Assembly: GCA_030688545.1 (NCBI GenBank)
Contig: JAUYHT010000002.1
Span: 240,001-272,000, forward strand
DNA: 32,000 nucleotides
Reading direction: 5' to 3'
Origin: Candidatus Iainarchaeum sp.
GTDB taxonomy: Archaea > Iainarchaeota > Iainarchaeia > Iainarchaeales > VGJJ01
A program made the translations under genes and the position numbers. Positions 16,391 through 24,407 of this stretch are shown here, piece after piece (position 1 is the first letter of the stretch; the number at the start of each line of letters is the position of its first letter). The notes below the pieces were generated by a model. The model saw only the letters and a program-made list of their open reading frames with translations. It had not been told where the DNA came from and searched no databases.

Positions 16391-18346
16391 ATGAATCGGG
16401 TTTTAAACTTCAAAGAATCCAAGGAATGCATGCCGGCCCCCGGAACGTTACCCACCTCTTCCACGCATCCCGTGACGTGCGGGCTGGAAGTCCACCAGCA
16501 ATTGGACACGCATAAACTCTTTTCTCGTTGCCCCAGCACCCTGCGCGAGGACGCTCCAGATTTCACCTTTTTCAGGAAGTTGCACGCGGTTGCTTCCGAG
16601 CTGGGAGAGTATGATTTGGCCGCGCTTGAAGCGGCGCGGAAGAGACAGACCTATACCTATCAAGGGCACCACGAGAACACCAGTTTGGTGGAAACGGATG
16701 AAGAACCCCCCGCCCCCATGAATGCGGAAGCCCTATGTATTGCCCTGGAGGTGGCGCTCCTCTGCCAAGCGAAGACCGTGGACAAAATAACGGTGATGAG
16801 GAAAACCGTATTGGACGGGAGCAACACTTCGGGATTCCAACGCACCGCCCTGGTATCCATGGGGGGACAACTCACGCTCACGAATGATATGCCCATCCGG
16901 GTCATGGGAATTGCCCTGGAAGAGGATTCCGCCCGCCCCATCGGACAGAAAGGGGAAGACGGGGTGTACCGCCTGGATCGGCTCGGGTTTCCCCTTATTG
17001 AACTCGCGACGTATCCGGATATCCATTCTCCCGAACAAGCCAAGGAAACCGCTCTCAAGATTGGGGAGGTGCTCCGCATCACTGGAAAGATGAAACGAGG
17101 CCTGGGAACCATTCGGCAGGATTTGAACATCTCCATCCCTGGAGGAGCGCGGGTGGAAATCAAGGGGGTGCAGGAGGTGGGGATGATCGACGAATACGTG
17201 CGGCGGGAGATGCAACGACAACAGACCCTGCTCGCCCTGAAGGACACATTAACAAAGGAAGGATTGACCAAAGATAAGGTGAACAGCCAGGGCGCCACCG
17301 ACCTTACTCTTATTTTTTCGAACACCTCCAGCCCGCTCGTGCGGAAAGCCCTGGAGAAACAGCATCATCTATGGGGGGTGCGGTTGCCCCAAATGAAGGG
17401 AAAAATGGGATTGGAAATACAACCTGGCCGACGAGTGGGAGGCGAAGTTTCATCCTATATGAAGAATAAAACCGGGTTGCAGGGCATCCTTCATGGGGAT
17501 GAGTTGCCAGCGCATGGCGTCACGGAGGAAGAAGTGAAGCAGGTTAGGGAGGCATTGCATGTTCAGGAAAAGGATAGCTTTGCTTTGGTGATGGGCCCTG
17601 AAACCAAGGCGCGATTCGCCATCGACACCATCAAGCACCGGGTGTCATTCCTCCTGGAAGGCATTCCTGAGGAAACACGGAACGCCCTGGAGGGAGGTAA
17701 CTCGGAATATTCCCGCCCCCTTCCTGGAGCGGCACGCATGTACCCGGAGACGGACGCGCAGGATATTTTCATCACCCCTTCCCTCATTGGGGATTTGAAA
17801 AACACCTTACCCGCATGGGGAGAGGATAGAAAAAAACAGTATATGCAAATGGGATTGAGCGAAAAGCACGCGGAAGAGATGAAACTGGACAACAAGGCCC
17901 GCTTTTTCGAACGCATGGTTGGAAAAGGGTATGCTCCCACCCTCACGGCCACGCTATTATTGGACACTTTCAACACCATCCGCCGAGAAAATCCCCAAGT
18001 ATCCCGACTCACGGAAGAGCAACTGGAATCCCTATTGGAAGCGGAAAAGGGAAAACAGGTGCTGCGGGACAACTTCCCCTCTATCCTACGTGAATGGGCG
18101 ATTAATCCTTCCGCCCCGCTGTCCGCTGTAATTGGGCGCCTGGGGAATGAGACAATGAAAGAGGATGAGGTAACGAAAGTCGTGAAACAGATCGTGGACA
18201 AGCACGCGCACTTGGTGCTCGCCAAAGGCATGCAAGCCCAGAAGCCCCTGATGGGGTTGTGCATGCAAGCCTTACGGGGTAAAGCCCAAGGATACTTCAT
18301 CGCTCAAGCATTGGAAAAAGAATTGCGCCAGCGAACAGGGAAATAG
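16391..18346 (+). CDS. gatE: Glutamyl-tRNA(Gln) amidotransferase subunit E
   Basis: 651-aa ORF. The N-terminal CGLEVHQQLDT motif, an AspRS-like insertion and a GatB/YqeY-like C-terminus give archaea-specific GatE architecture. The start could instead be the downstream ATG. Confidence 0.9.
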   Translation: MNRVLNFKESKECMPAPGTLPTSSTHPVTCGLEVHQQLDTHKLFSRCPSTLREDAPDFTFFRKLHAVASELGEYDLAALEAARKRQTYTYQGHHENTSLVETDEEPPAPMNAEALCIALEVALLCQAKTVDKITVMRKTVLDGSNTSGFQRTALVSMGGQLTLTNDMPIRVMGIALEEDSARPIGQKGEDGVYRLDRLGFPLIELATYPDIHSPEQAKETALKIGEVLRITGKMKRGLGTIRQDLNISIPGGARVEIKGVQEVGMIDEYVRREMQRQQTLLALKDTLTKEGLTKDKVNSQGATDLTLIFSNTSSPLVRKALEKQHHLWGVRLPQMKGKMGLEIQPGRRVGGEVSSYMKNKTGLQGILHGDELPAHGVTEEEVKQVREALHVQEKDSFALVMGPETKARFAIDTIKHRVSFLLEGIPEETRNALEGGNSEYSRPLPGAARMYPETDAQDIFITPSLIGDLKNTLPAWGEDRKKQYMQMGLSEKHAEEMKLDNKARFFERMVGKGYAPTLTATLLLDTFNTIRRENPQVSRLTEEQLESLLEAEKGKQVLRDNFPSILREWAINPSAPLSAVIGRLGNETMKEDEVTKVVKQIVDKHAHLVLAKGMQAQKPLMGLCMQALRGKAQGYFIAQALEKELRQRTGK

Positions 18347-18372
18347 GATTTTTTCATGGCTCCAGGAAAACA

Positions 18373-18819
18373 TTATCTCTCCAGAAAAACCTTCATGGGC
18401 TTCCAATAGAAGGCATTCCATCCCTCCGCGATACTCGCGGCGTGAGACGAGGGTATGTTTTCGTGCGTGAACACCAATTTGGTTCCATTCCTGCTTTTTT
18501 CCAATTCAAACCGGACAATGGAAAATGGTTCCCCTTTTTCCCAATCCGACGCACGCCAGGATTGAACAATTCTTTTCCCCGGAATCAGTTCTAGGTTCTT
18601 TCCAGTAATGTAGTCATCGTACGCTGAAATGGACCCCCCCACGCGGCGAGAAATGGAAGCCTTGGATTGGGTGAAAAAAGAATGTTTTTTGGAATCCATC
18701 AGCGCCTCATACACTTTTTCAGGGGGAACGGAAAACGTGATCGTTTGCCGGATGGTTTTTCCTCTTTCAGCTTTTTTGGATGGTGCTTTTGGTTTCAGTT
18801 GTTTTCGCTTTGGTGCCAT
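18373..18819 (-). CDS. SRPBCC/AHSA1 (Aha1-like) family protein with a basic N-terminal tail
   Basis: 148-aa ORF. The pattern ITFSVPPEKVYEALMD...GGSISAY...IVQSWR...FELE...GTKLVFTHENIP is typical of AHSA1/START-like proteins. It overlaps the upstream PLD gene by 25 nt. Confidence 0.6.
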   Translation of the reverse strand: MAPKRKQLKPKAPSKKAERGKTIRQTITFSVPPEKVYEALMDSKKHSFFTQSKASISRRVGGSISAYDDYITGKNLELIPGKRIVQSWRASDWEKGEPFSIVRFELEKSRNGTKLVFTHENIPSSHAASIAEGWNAFYWKPMKVFLER

Positions 18820-19373
18820 AAGGTTTCAAACTCCTGCGCGAACCGCGCATTCAATGCTGTGGAATGAATAACCAACACATTTTCATTATTTTCTCCCACC
18901 CCGTTACGCGACCAATTCATGGAGCCGGTGAGGACTACTGTTTGGTCGATCACCGCGAATTTGTGATGCATGTAGGAGGGGTTGGCGTCAATACGCACGG
19001 AAAGGCCAGCATCCCGAAGATTTTGGAGCTGGGAAAAAGAACCCCCTGCCTGCTGGCGCTCAAGGAGAACCCGCACCACCACGCCTCGCTCATGGGCATC
19101 CATAAGGGCTTGGGCGAGCTGGGGATGGGTAAAGGAATACATGGCCACGTCTATTTTGGATTGCGACGCATGAATGGCAGACAGGGGCAACGATTCGCAG
19201 ATAGGGGAGGGGCAGAAAGCGGATTGGATGGAATCATATTCCAAGGAGGAAGGAGTTTGAGTTGTGGGCTGGATGACTAACCCCGTGGGGGAAAAATGCG
19301 CCACGCCTACCCCCAATCCCACTCCGAAAACCAAGAGAAGAATCCCTAAAAAAACCTTGGGAGAGAGGTGCAT
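18795..19373 (-). CDS. Phospholipase D-family (Nuc-like) nuclease/phosphodiesterase with an N-terminal TM anchor
   Basis: 192-aa ORF with a single complete HKD motif, HHKFAVIDQTVVLTGSMNWS (HxK-x4-D-x6-GSxN). The N-terminal segment is hydrophobic (FLGILLLVFGVGLGVGV). A TATA-like box lies at 19396-19405. Confidence 0.8.
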   Translation of the reverse strand: MHLSPKVFLGILLLVFGVGLGVGVAHFSPTGLVIQPTTQTPSSLEYDSIQSAFCPSPICESLPLSAIHASQSKIDVAMYSFTHPQLAQALMDAHERGVVVRVLLERQQAGGSFSQLQNLRDAGLSVRIDANPSYMHHKFAVIDQTVVLTGSMNWSRNGVGENNENVLVIHSTALNARFAQEFETLWHQSENN

Positions 19374-19494
19374 GCACCCACTCCCGCAGGGGGCTCTTAA
19401 AAGGCTATTTTACAAAAAGTCATCATCCGAGGCAACCCGAATGGAGTCGTCCGCGAATAATCCATTGGAAGGAAGTTGCTATTGGGAAACGGCG

Positions 19495-19567
19495 AGCCCC
19501 GTCGTCTAGTGGTCAAGGATGTCAGGCTTTGGACCTGAAGACCGGAGTTCGAATCTCCGCGGGGCTA
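19495..19567 (+). tRNA. tRNA-Gln (anticodon TTG)
   Basis: Acceptor AGCCCCG/CGGGGCT (A1:U72, typical of archaeal tRNA-Gln), anticodon stem TCAGG/CCTGA, loop CTTTGGA, T-arm CGGAG-TTCGAAT-CTCCG, discriminator A. It is 73 nt. Confidence 0.9.
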
Positions 19568-19608
19568 TGTTGGGGTTCCTGCACCGCGGGAAACCGCACG
19601 CTTTTTCG

Positions 19609-19633
19609 CCGGCCTTTTTTCTAAAAAGGCCGG
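19609..19633 (+). terminator. Hairpin with 11-bp stem (CCGGCCTTTTT-tct-AAAAAGGCCGG), a terminator-like member of the recurring hairpin family
   Basis: Perfect inverted repeat with T6 and A5 runs, giving oligo-T on both strands. It lies downstream of tRNA-Gln. Confidence 0.5.
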
Positions 19634-19638
19634 TTCCT

Positions 19639-19655
19639 GAATCTTCGCGGGGCTA
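19639..19655 (+). repeat. Second copy of the tRNA-Gln 3' end (GAATCTTCGCGGGGCTA, 16 of 17 identical)
   Basis: Direct comparison with 19551-19567 (GAATCTCCGCGGGGCTA). Confidence 0.85.
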
Positions 19656-19675
19656 TAATCACCAAAAGCAATTTC

Positions 19676-20569
19676 TCACTCGGACATGATTTGTGTATTC
19701 TTTCTTTCTCCGTGATAAATGACTTTTTGTAGTTTCAATTTGAGCCCATATCTTTTGATTAGCTTATGGATTATTTGATTTAACTGTTCTCTATAGTTCT
19801 CGCTTTTTGAGGTATAGAATTCGGTGATTATTTTTTCACCGAGCTCTTTTGCGTCTTCTTTTAATCGTTTGAAAATATAGGGACTTAGATTGATATGTTC
19901 GACAAATATTTCTTTATTTCCGGTTTCTGCGATAGCCTTGAATAACTTATCTAGTACTATTTCTTTTGAAACAAAATGAGGCAATAAGGGCCCAATGAAT
20001 GCATAGGTTTTCACCCCTTCTTCATTCAGTTTCTTGAGTGTTTCTAATCGTTTCGATGCAGGTGGGGCATATTTCTCAAAATAGCGTGAAATCGAATCGT
20101 CAGTAGTTGTTATGGTCAAACCAACTTCCGTATGTTTTAGCTTTTTAATTAAGTCTAAGTCACGCAAGATTAGATCTGATTTTGTTAGAAAACTAACCTC
20201 TCCTTCAAAGTGGTTTTCAATTAACACTTCTAAACACTTTCGTGTTAATTGGTACTTTACTTCTAATCCTTGATAAGGATCTGTAACTGAACTAAACAAC
20301 ACGACCTTTCCTTTTCCTTTATTTTTCAGCGACAAAATTTCTTTTCTTAATAATTCCGCTGCATTCATTTTAGGATAAACATATTCTCCCCAATCAGCAA
20401 CGGATTTATCCGCAAATCGACCCATGAAACTAGCATAACAATATGAGCAAGCAAAACGACAACCCAAATAGGGGTTAACCACGTAATCCGCTGCTGGAAG
20501 TTTAGATGGGGTCAAAATAGATTTTGACTGGATTTCTTTAATCTCCATATTAGCAAATGGTCTTCCCAT
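19676..20569 (-). CDS. Radical SAM protein, SplB/DNA-photolyase-like (COG1533-type)
   Basis: 297-aa ORF with NPYLGCRFACSYCYA (CxxxCxxC) near the N-terminus. The DNA is low-GC; one 60-nt line hand-counted at about 32%. A TATA-like CAATTTAATG (minus strand, 20571-20580) fits a leaderless start at the internal ATG 20548 (MEIKEI...). Confidence 0.8.
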   Translation of the reverse strand: MGRPFANMEIKEIQSKSILTPSKLPAADYVVNPYLGCRFACSYCYASFMGRFADKSVADWGEYVYPKMNAAELLRKEILSLKNKGKGKVVLFSSVTDPYQGLEVKYQLTRKCLEVLIENHFEGEVSFLTKSDLILRDLDLIKKLKHTEVGLTITTTDDSISRYFEKYAPPASKRLETLKKLNEEGVKTYAFIGPLLPHFVSKEIVLDKLFKAIAETGNKEIFVEHINLSPYIFKRLKEDAKELGEKIITEFYTSKSENYREQLNQIIHKLIKRYGLKLKLQKVIYHGERKNTQIMSE

Positions 20570-20610
20570 ACATTAAATTGACATCCATCCCGACCTAAAA
20601 AGGCGTATCT

Positions 20611-20627
20611 GAATCTCCGCGGGGCTA
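20611..20627 (+). repeat. Third copy of the tRNA-Gln 3' end (GAATCTCCGCGGGGCTA, 17 of 17 identical)
   Basis: Exact match to 19551-19567. The upstream CTAAAAAGGC...TCT also matches the flank of copy 2 (19621-19638). Confidence 0.88.
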
Positions 20628-20682
20628 ATTTACTTTTCTTTCGGCCGGGTGGTTTATATTTCCCCACCGCGCCAACTCTTCC

Positions 20683-21234
20683 ATGAAATATTCCATGATC
20701 GGATATGGTTCCCTGCTCTCCCATCAATCCCTCAGTCGTACTATCCCAGACAAACCTTTTACTCCTATCCTGGTGAGGGGATACAAACGCCTGTTCAACC
20801 TGGCCGTTAGCAAAGGCAGAAACCCGGATGTGTTGAATGTTCAGAAGGCGCGGGGAAAAACATTCAATGGAGTTTTATTCCATGTGGATGAGCAGGAGTT
20901 GCGCCGCATCATGGAGCGGGAGGAGGATTACAATCTCGAGGAGACCCATGCCTATGATTTCAGAACGAAAAGAATGGTAGGAAAAGGATTCGTTTGCGCG
21001 GATTATGTGGTGGGTATCGACCGATTGAAACGACTGCCGGAAAAGAAGTATTTTATTCTCTGCCGGGAGGCCGCCTATCATATCAGCTTGCCCTTCGGAG
21101 AATATTGGGATCAAACAACTTATTTGGCGGACGGGAATACGGTAACCCAATGGATTGGAACCCACCCTGCCTATGATACGATTGACGTTAGCCCACCGAG
21201 CCGGGTTTCTCCCAACTATCGGCGCCTGAAATAA
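20683..21234 (+). CDS. ChaC/gamma-glutamylcyclotransferase-like protein
   Basis: 183-aa ORF with N-terminal IGYGSLLS, VRGYKRLFN and a MEREEDY catalytic-Glu-like motif. A TATA-like TTTATATT at 20653-20660 is centred about 26 nt upstream. Confidence 0.62.
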   Translation: MKYSMIGYGSLLSHQSLSRTIPDKPFTPILVRGYKRLFNLAVSKGRNPDVLNVQKARGKTFNGVLFHVDEQELRRIMEREEDYNLEETHAYDFRTKRMVGKGFVCADYVVGIDRLKRLPEKKYFILCREAAYHISLPFGEYWDQTTYLADGNTVTQWIGTHPAYDTIDVSPPSRVSPNYRRLK

Positions 21235-21378
21235 TAAAAAAATTCTGAAAGATGGATTAAATGGTTAATTCTGGGGTGGGGATGTTACTACGCGCCACGG
21301 CATTTTTAGGTCATTCGTGAGCGGAAAAAAAGTAACCATAAGAAGGAAAGCCCCACGCAGGATTGGGGAGGTGATTGC

Positions 21379-21519
21379 ATGAAATCTTTGAAATGCCCCG
21401 ACTGCCATTATGTGGCCAAAGGAAAGAGTGAGACGACTGCCCAACTGGTTCTGGACGAACACCGCACCCAAGAACACCCTGGATTGCCCCCGCGAGCTAC
21501 CTTGGAAGAGCGGGCCTAA
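21379..21519 (+). CDS. Small (46 aa) putative zinc-finger protein, absent from the ORF track
   Basis: Hand translation: MKSLKCPDCHYVAKGKSETTAQLVLDEHRTQEHPGLPPRATLEERA. It has a C-x2-C...H-x4-H pattern. A strong GGAGGTGA Shine-Dalgarno sequence ends 5 nt before the ATG. Confidence 0.45.
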   Translation: MKSLKCPDCHYVAKGKSETTAQLVLDEHRTQEHPGLPPRATLEERA

Positions 21520-21677
21520 TCCCTATTTTTTATCCTCCCACCCAGGTTGAAGGAAAAAAAAGTGGGGGGGATTTATTTTTAGAGCCAGGGATAAATTTTT
21601 GAAAAAGAGGAATTTTGGGAAAAGAATAAGGAGGACAACCTCCCCCGTTAAAAAACCTATTGGGCACCCGATATAAC

Positions 21678-23450
21678 ATGATTCCGGGCTGGAAATACAT
21701 CCGCGCGCACCGGAAGACCCTGGCACTCGCCCTGGGCCTCGCGACCATCAACCAGGTCTTTTCCCTCCTGGATCCGCTCATTTTCCGATTCATCATCGAT
21801 GATTACGCCACCAACATCGAAACTATTCCCCCTGATGCATTTCTGTCGGGGGTGCTATTGCTATTAGCCGCTTCGGTAGGCGTGGCATTCGTCTCCCGCA
21901 CGGCCAAAACATTCCAGGAATATTACGTGAGCCTCATCACTCAAAAAGTGGGCACCACTATGTACGCCCACTCAGTGAGTCATACATTCTCCCTCCCCTA
22001 TGGGGTTTTTGAGGACCGGCGATCGGGGGAGATTTTGCAGAAGCTCCAGAAGGCGCGCACCGACACGCAAGGGGCTATCGAGAGCTTCATCGGGGTGCTC
22101 TTCCTGTCCGCGGTGGGAATTATTTTCGTTTTAGGTTACGCCTTCACCGTTCACTGGATGGTGGGCGCCGCATTCGTGACCATGATTCCTCTTCTGGGGG
22201 GATTTACTTTCATCATGTCGCAACGCATCAAGCAGGCGCAGAAGGGTATTGTCACGGAATCTGCTGAACTGGCCGGGAGCACCACCGAAACCCTGCGCAA
22301 TGTCGAATTGGTGAAGAGCATGGGATTAGAGCACCAAGAAATCACGCGCCTCAATGAGGTGAATGAACGTATTTTGGGATTGGAACTCACCAAAGTGAAG
22401 CTCGTGCGCACCCTGGCCTTTATTCAGGGAACAACGATCAACCTATTGCGCACGGGACTACTATTCCTCATGCTCTGGTTGGTTTTCCAGGGGGAAATTA
22501 CGCTCGGAGCGCTCTTCTCCTTACTCTTCTACTCCTTTTTCATATTCGGCCCCCTCTCGGATTTAGGACGCGTGGCCCAGGCCTACCAAGAGGCGAAAGC
22601 AAGCAATGAGGCCCTGGATGAAGTGTTATCCATCCCCCCTGAGGCCAAACCCGCACGACCCATCCTCATTCCCCATATCCAAACCATCGAATTCCAGGAT
22701 GTGTCATTCAAGTACGCATCCTCAACCATCCCTTCGGTAAATGGAGCCTCGTTCAAGCTGAATGCGGGGGATGTGGTGGCATTCGCGGGCGCCTCCGGGA
22801 GTGGGAAGACCACGCTCGCCAAACTCATGGTGGGGTTATACACCCCTTCCCGGGGAAAAATACTCTTCAATGGAAAGGATTCCGCGCGCGTGGATTTTGA
22901 TTCTTTACGGAAGCGAGTGGGATTGGTATCGCAGGAGACCCAATTGTTTGCCGGGACGATACGGGAAAACCTGTTGTTCGTCAACCCCCAGGCCACGGAT
23001 GAGGATTGCCTGCGGGTGTTGGAACAAGCTAATATCATGGGGATCGTGCATCGTGGGGACAAGGGGCTAGACACCAAAATAGGGGAAGGAGGCATCAAGA
23101 TTTCTGGAGGGGAACGGCAACGCCTGGCGATCGCCCGCGCCCTCCTGCGCGACCCCGATCTCATCATATTCGACGAGGCCACCTCCTCATTGGATTCCAT
23201 TTCAGAGCGGGCCATCACGCACACGATTCAAGAAATAAAAAAGAAGCGCCCTCACCTCATCTGCGTGCTCATCGCCCACCGATTATCCACCATTACCCAT
23301 GCGGACACCATATTCGTGCTCGAGCGCGGCGGCATTGAAGAGGTTGGCAACCACTCCCAATTGGTGAGGAAGAAAGGATTGTATTTTGCGTTCTGGCGCC
23401 AGCAGAGCGGGGAAATTACCTCGCCCGTCGCCGAGGCGGAGACCCTCTAG
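21678..23450 (+). CDS. ABC exporter, fused permease and ATPase (MsbA/MdlB-like)
   Basis: Six-TM N-terminal domain. Walker A is GASGSGKTT, the signature is ISGGERQR, and Walker B is LIIFDEATS. I chose the ATG at 21678 over the TTG at 21660 because the TATA-like GTTAAAAAACC (21647-21657) lies about 26 nt upstream. Confidence 0.9.
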   Translation: MIPGWKYIRAHRKTLALALGLATINQVFSLLDPLIFRFIIDDYATNIETIPPDAFLSGVLLLLAASVGVAFVSRTAKTFQEYYVSLITQKVGTTMYAHSVSHTFSLPYGVFEDRRSGEILQKLQKARTDTQGAIESFIGVLFLSAVGIIFVLGYAFTVHWMVGAAFVTMIPLLGGFTFIMSQRIKQAQKGIVTESAELAGSTTETLRNVELVKSMGLEHQEITRLNEVNERILGLELTKVKLVRTLAFIQGTTINLLRTGLLFLMLWLVFQGEITLGALFSLLFYSFFIFGPLSDLGRVAQAYQEAKASNEALDEVLSIPPEAKPARPILIPHIQTIEFQDVSFKYASSTIPSVNGASFKLNAGDVVAFAGASGSGKTTLAKLMVGLYTPSRGKILFNGKDSARVDFDSLRKRVGLVSQETQLFAGTIRENLLFVNPQATDEDCLRVLEQANIMGIVHRGDKGLDTKIGEGGIKISGGERQRLAIARALLRDPDLIIFDEATSSLDSISERAITHTIQEIKKKRPHLICVLIAHRLSTITHADTIFVLERGGIEEVGNHSQLVRKKGLYFAFWRQQSGEITSPVAEAETL

Positions 23451-24354
23451 GGGTACGCCGCGGGGCAGTATTTCCCGCGCGCTTACGCCATACTGAGGGG
23501 GGTAGGGGGCGCTTGCTATTCCCCGTTGAAACTTTTCGCTGTTGACGTCGGCGGCCTAATCCAAAAAAGGTGAAATTGATTCCGGCCGACAACTCCCACT
23601 TATTGGTCTTATCATCATATACCGGCGTAATAAACAGGAAATGCCTTCCATCTTTGCCTAAACCATATGAAAATTGGTTAATGTAATCCTGCAGCCCAAC
23701 ATGATAGGCCACATCCCACGTCACGCGCCCCCGTTCCAAGGATGAACCTACCCGCCAATTATCATTCCCGTCCCAACCGCGTTCAACGTATCCAATCACT
23801 GTTGTTCCGGCAAATTCTCCAAAAGAGTGTTCCAGATTGAGGATACCGGTTTTCAATGGCTTGGTTGGGTCCATTGATAAGGTGAATTGAGTGTTTTTGT
23901 TTACTTTTAACCTACCCGCCAATTCCTTGGATAGCGCATCCCTCACGAAAGTGGTGCCTCCACCCACTGTTACTTTTCCACCTGCGAATTCGCGAGCCAC
24001 CCCAGCTAAAAACTGGGTCATCTCAGGTTCCCGATTGTCAGGGATCGCCCCAATATGCCAACCATAATTACCATTTCCCAAGCGGCCCCAGGTGCCTAAA
24101 AATGGATTCAATTGAATGCTATGGTCCTGCTTTCGGGTGGCCCCCAGAATGAGGAAGCTGGTTGGGTTGAATTCTTCAGGAGGAATAAACGTGTGAACTC
24201 CTGCGGTAAAATCCTTCATTGGAGGAAATCGCCAGATGGGTTTCTTATCCCCTTGTTTTGGAGATAACGCGGTGCACGCGCTTAATACCAAAACTCCAAG
24301 CAACTGGATTTTCGGTAAAAATTGATTTTTGCTAGGTAAGGGTTTGCGCGCCAT
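23416..24354 (-). CDS. Putative lipoprotein with beta-strand-rich (barrel-like) body and an Arg-rich C-terminal tail
   Basis: I chose the start at MARKPL (24354) over 24432, which would cross the promoter. The lipobox-like sequence is LVLSAC. The body has alternating-hydrophobicity strands and the mature part ends in INFTFFGLG. The 3' end overlaps the ABC gene by 35 nt. Confidence 0.55.
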   Translation of the reverse strand: MARKPLPSKNQFLPKIQLLGVLVLSACTALSPKQGDKKPIWRFPPMKDFTAGVHTFIPPEEFNPTSFLILGATRKQDHSIQLNPFLGTWGRLGNGNYGWHIGAIPDNREPEMTQFLAGVAREFAGGKVTVGGGTTFVRDALSKELAGRLKVNKNTQFTLSMDPTKPLKTGILNLEHSFGEFAGTTVIGYVERGWDGNDNWRVGSSLERGRVTWDVAYHVGLQDYINQFSYGLGKDGRHFLFITPVYDDKTNKWELSAGINFTFFGLGRRRQQRKVSTGNSKRPLPPSVWRKRAGNTAPRRTPRGSPPRRRAR

Positions 24355-24377
24355 GCCACGAGTACTCCCCCCCCCCC

Positions 24378-24387
24378 TTTTAAATTT
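24378..24387. promoter_or_regulatory. Shared, near-symmetric TATA box (TTTTAAATTT) for two divergent genes
   Basis: Centred about 25 nt from the pepF ATG (24408) and about 29 nt from the lipoprotein ATG (24354). A C11 tract at 24367-24377 abuts it. Confidence 0.5.
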
Positions 24388-24407
24388 GTTCGCAATGGCG
24401 GTGATAC

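Larger units (their letters stand above)
19568..20627. mobile_element. Putative tRNA-Gln-targeted insertion(s): a 71-nt hairpin module plus a single-gene low-GC cassette, with no integrase
   Basis: Three direct copies of the tRNA 3' end delimit a 71-nt non-coding segment and a 955-nt segment that holds only the radical SAM gene. GC drops sharply inside. Confidence 0.5.

Noticed and set aside
19568-19655. Split-tRNA or 3'-half tRNA gene (Nanoarchaeum-style)
   Set aside because: The parent tRNAs are complete and fold on their own. The extra fragments cover only 11-18 nt (part of the T-arm plus the acceptor 3' strand), which is far short of a 3' half starting at position 38.
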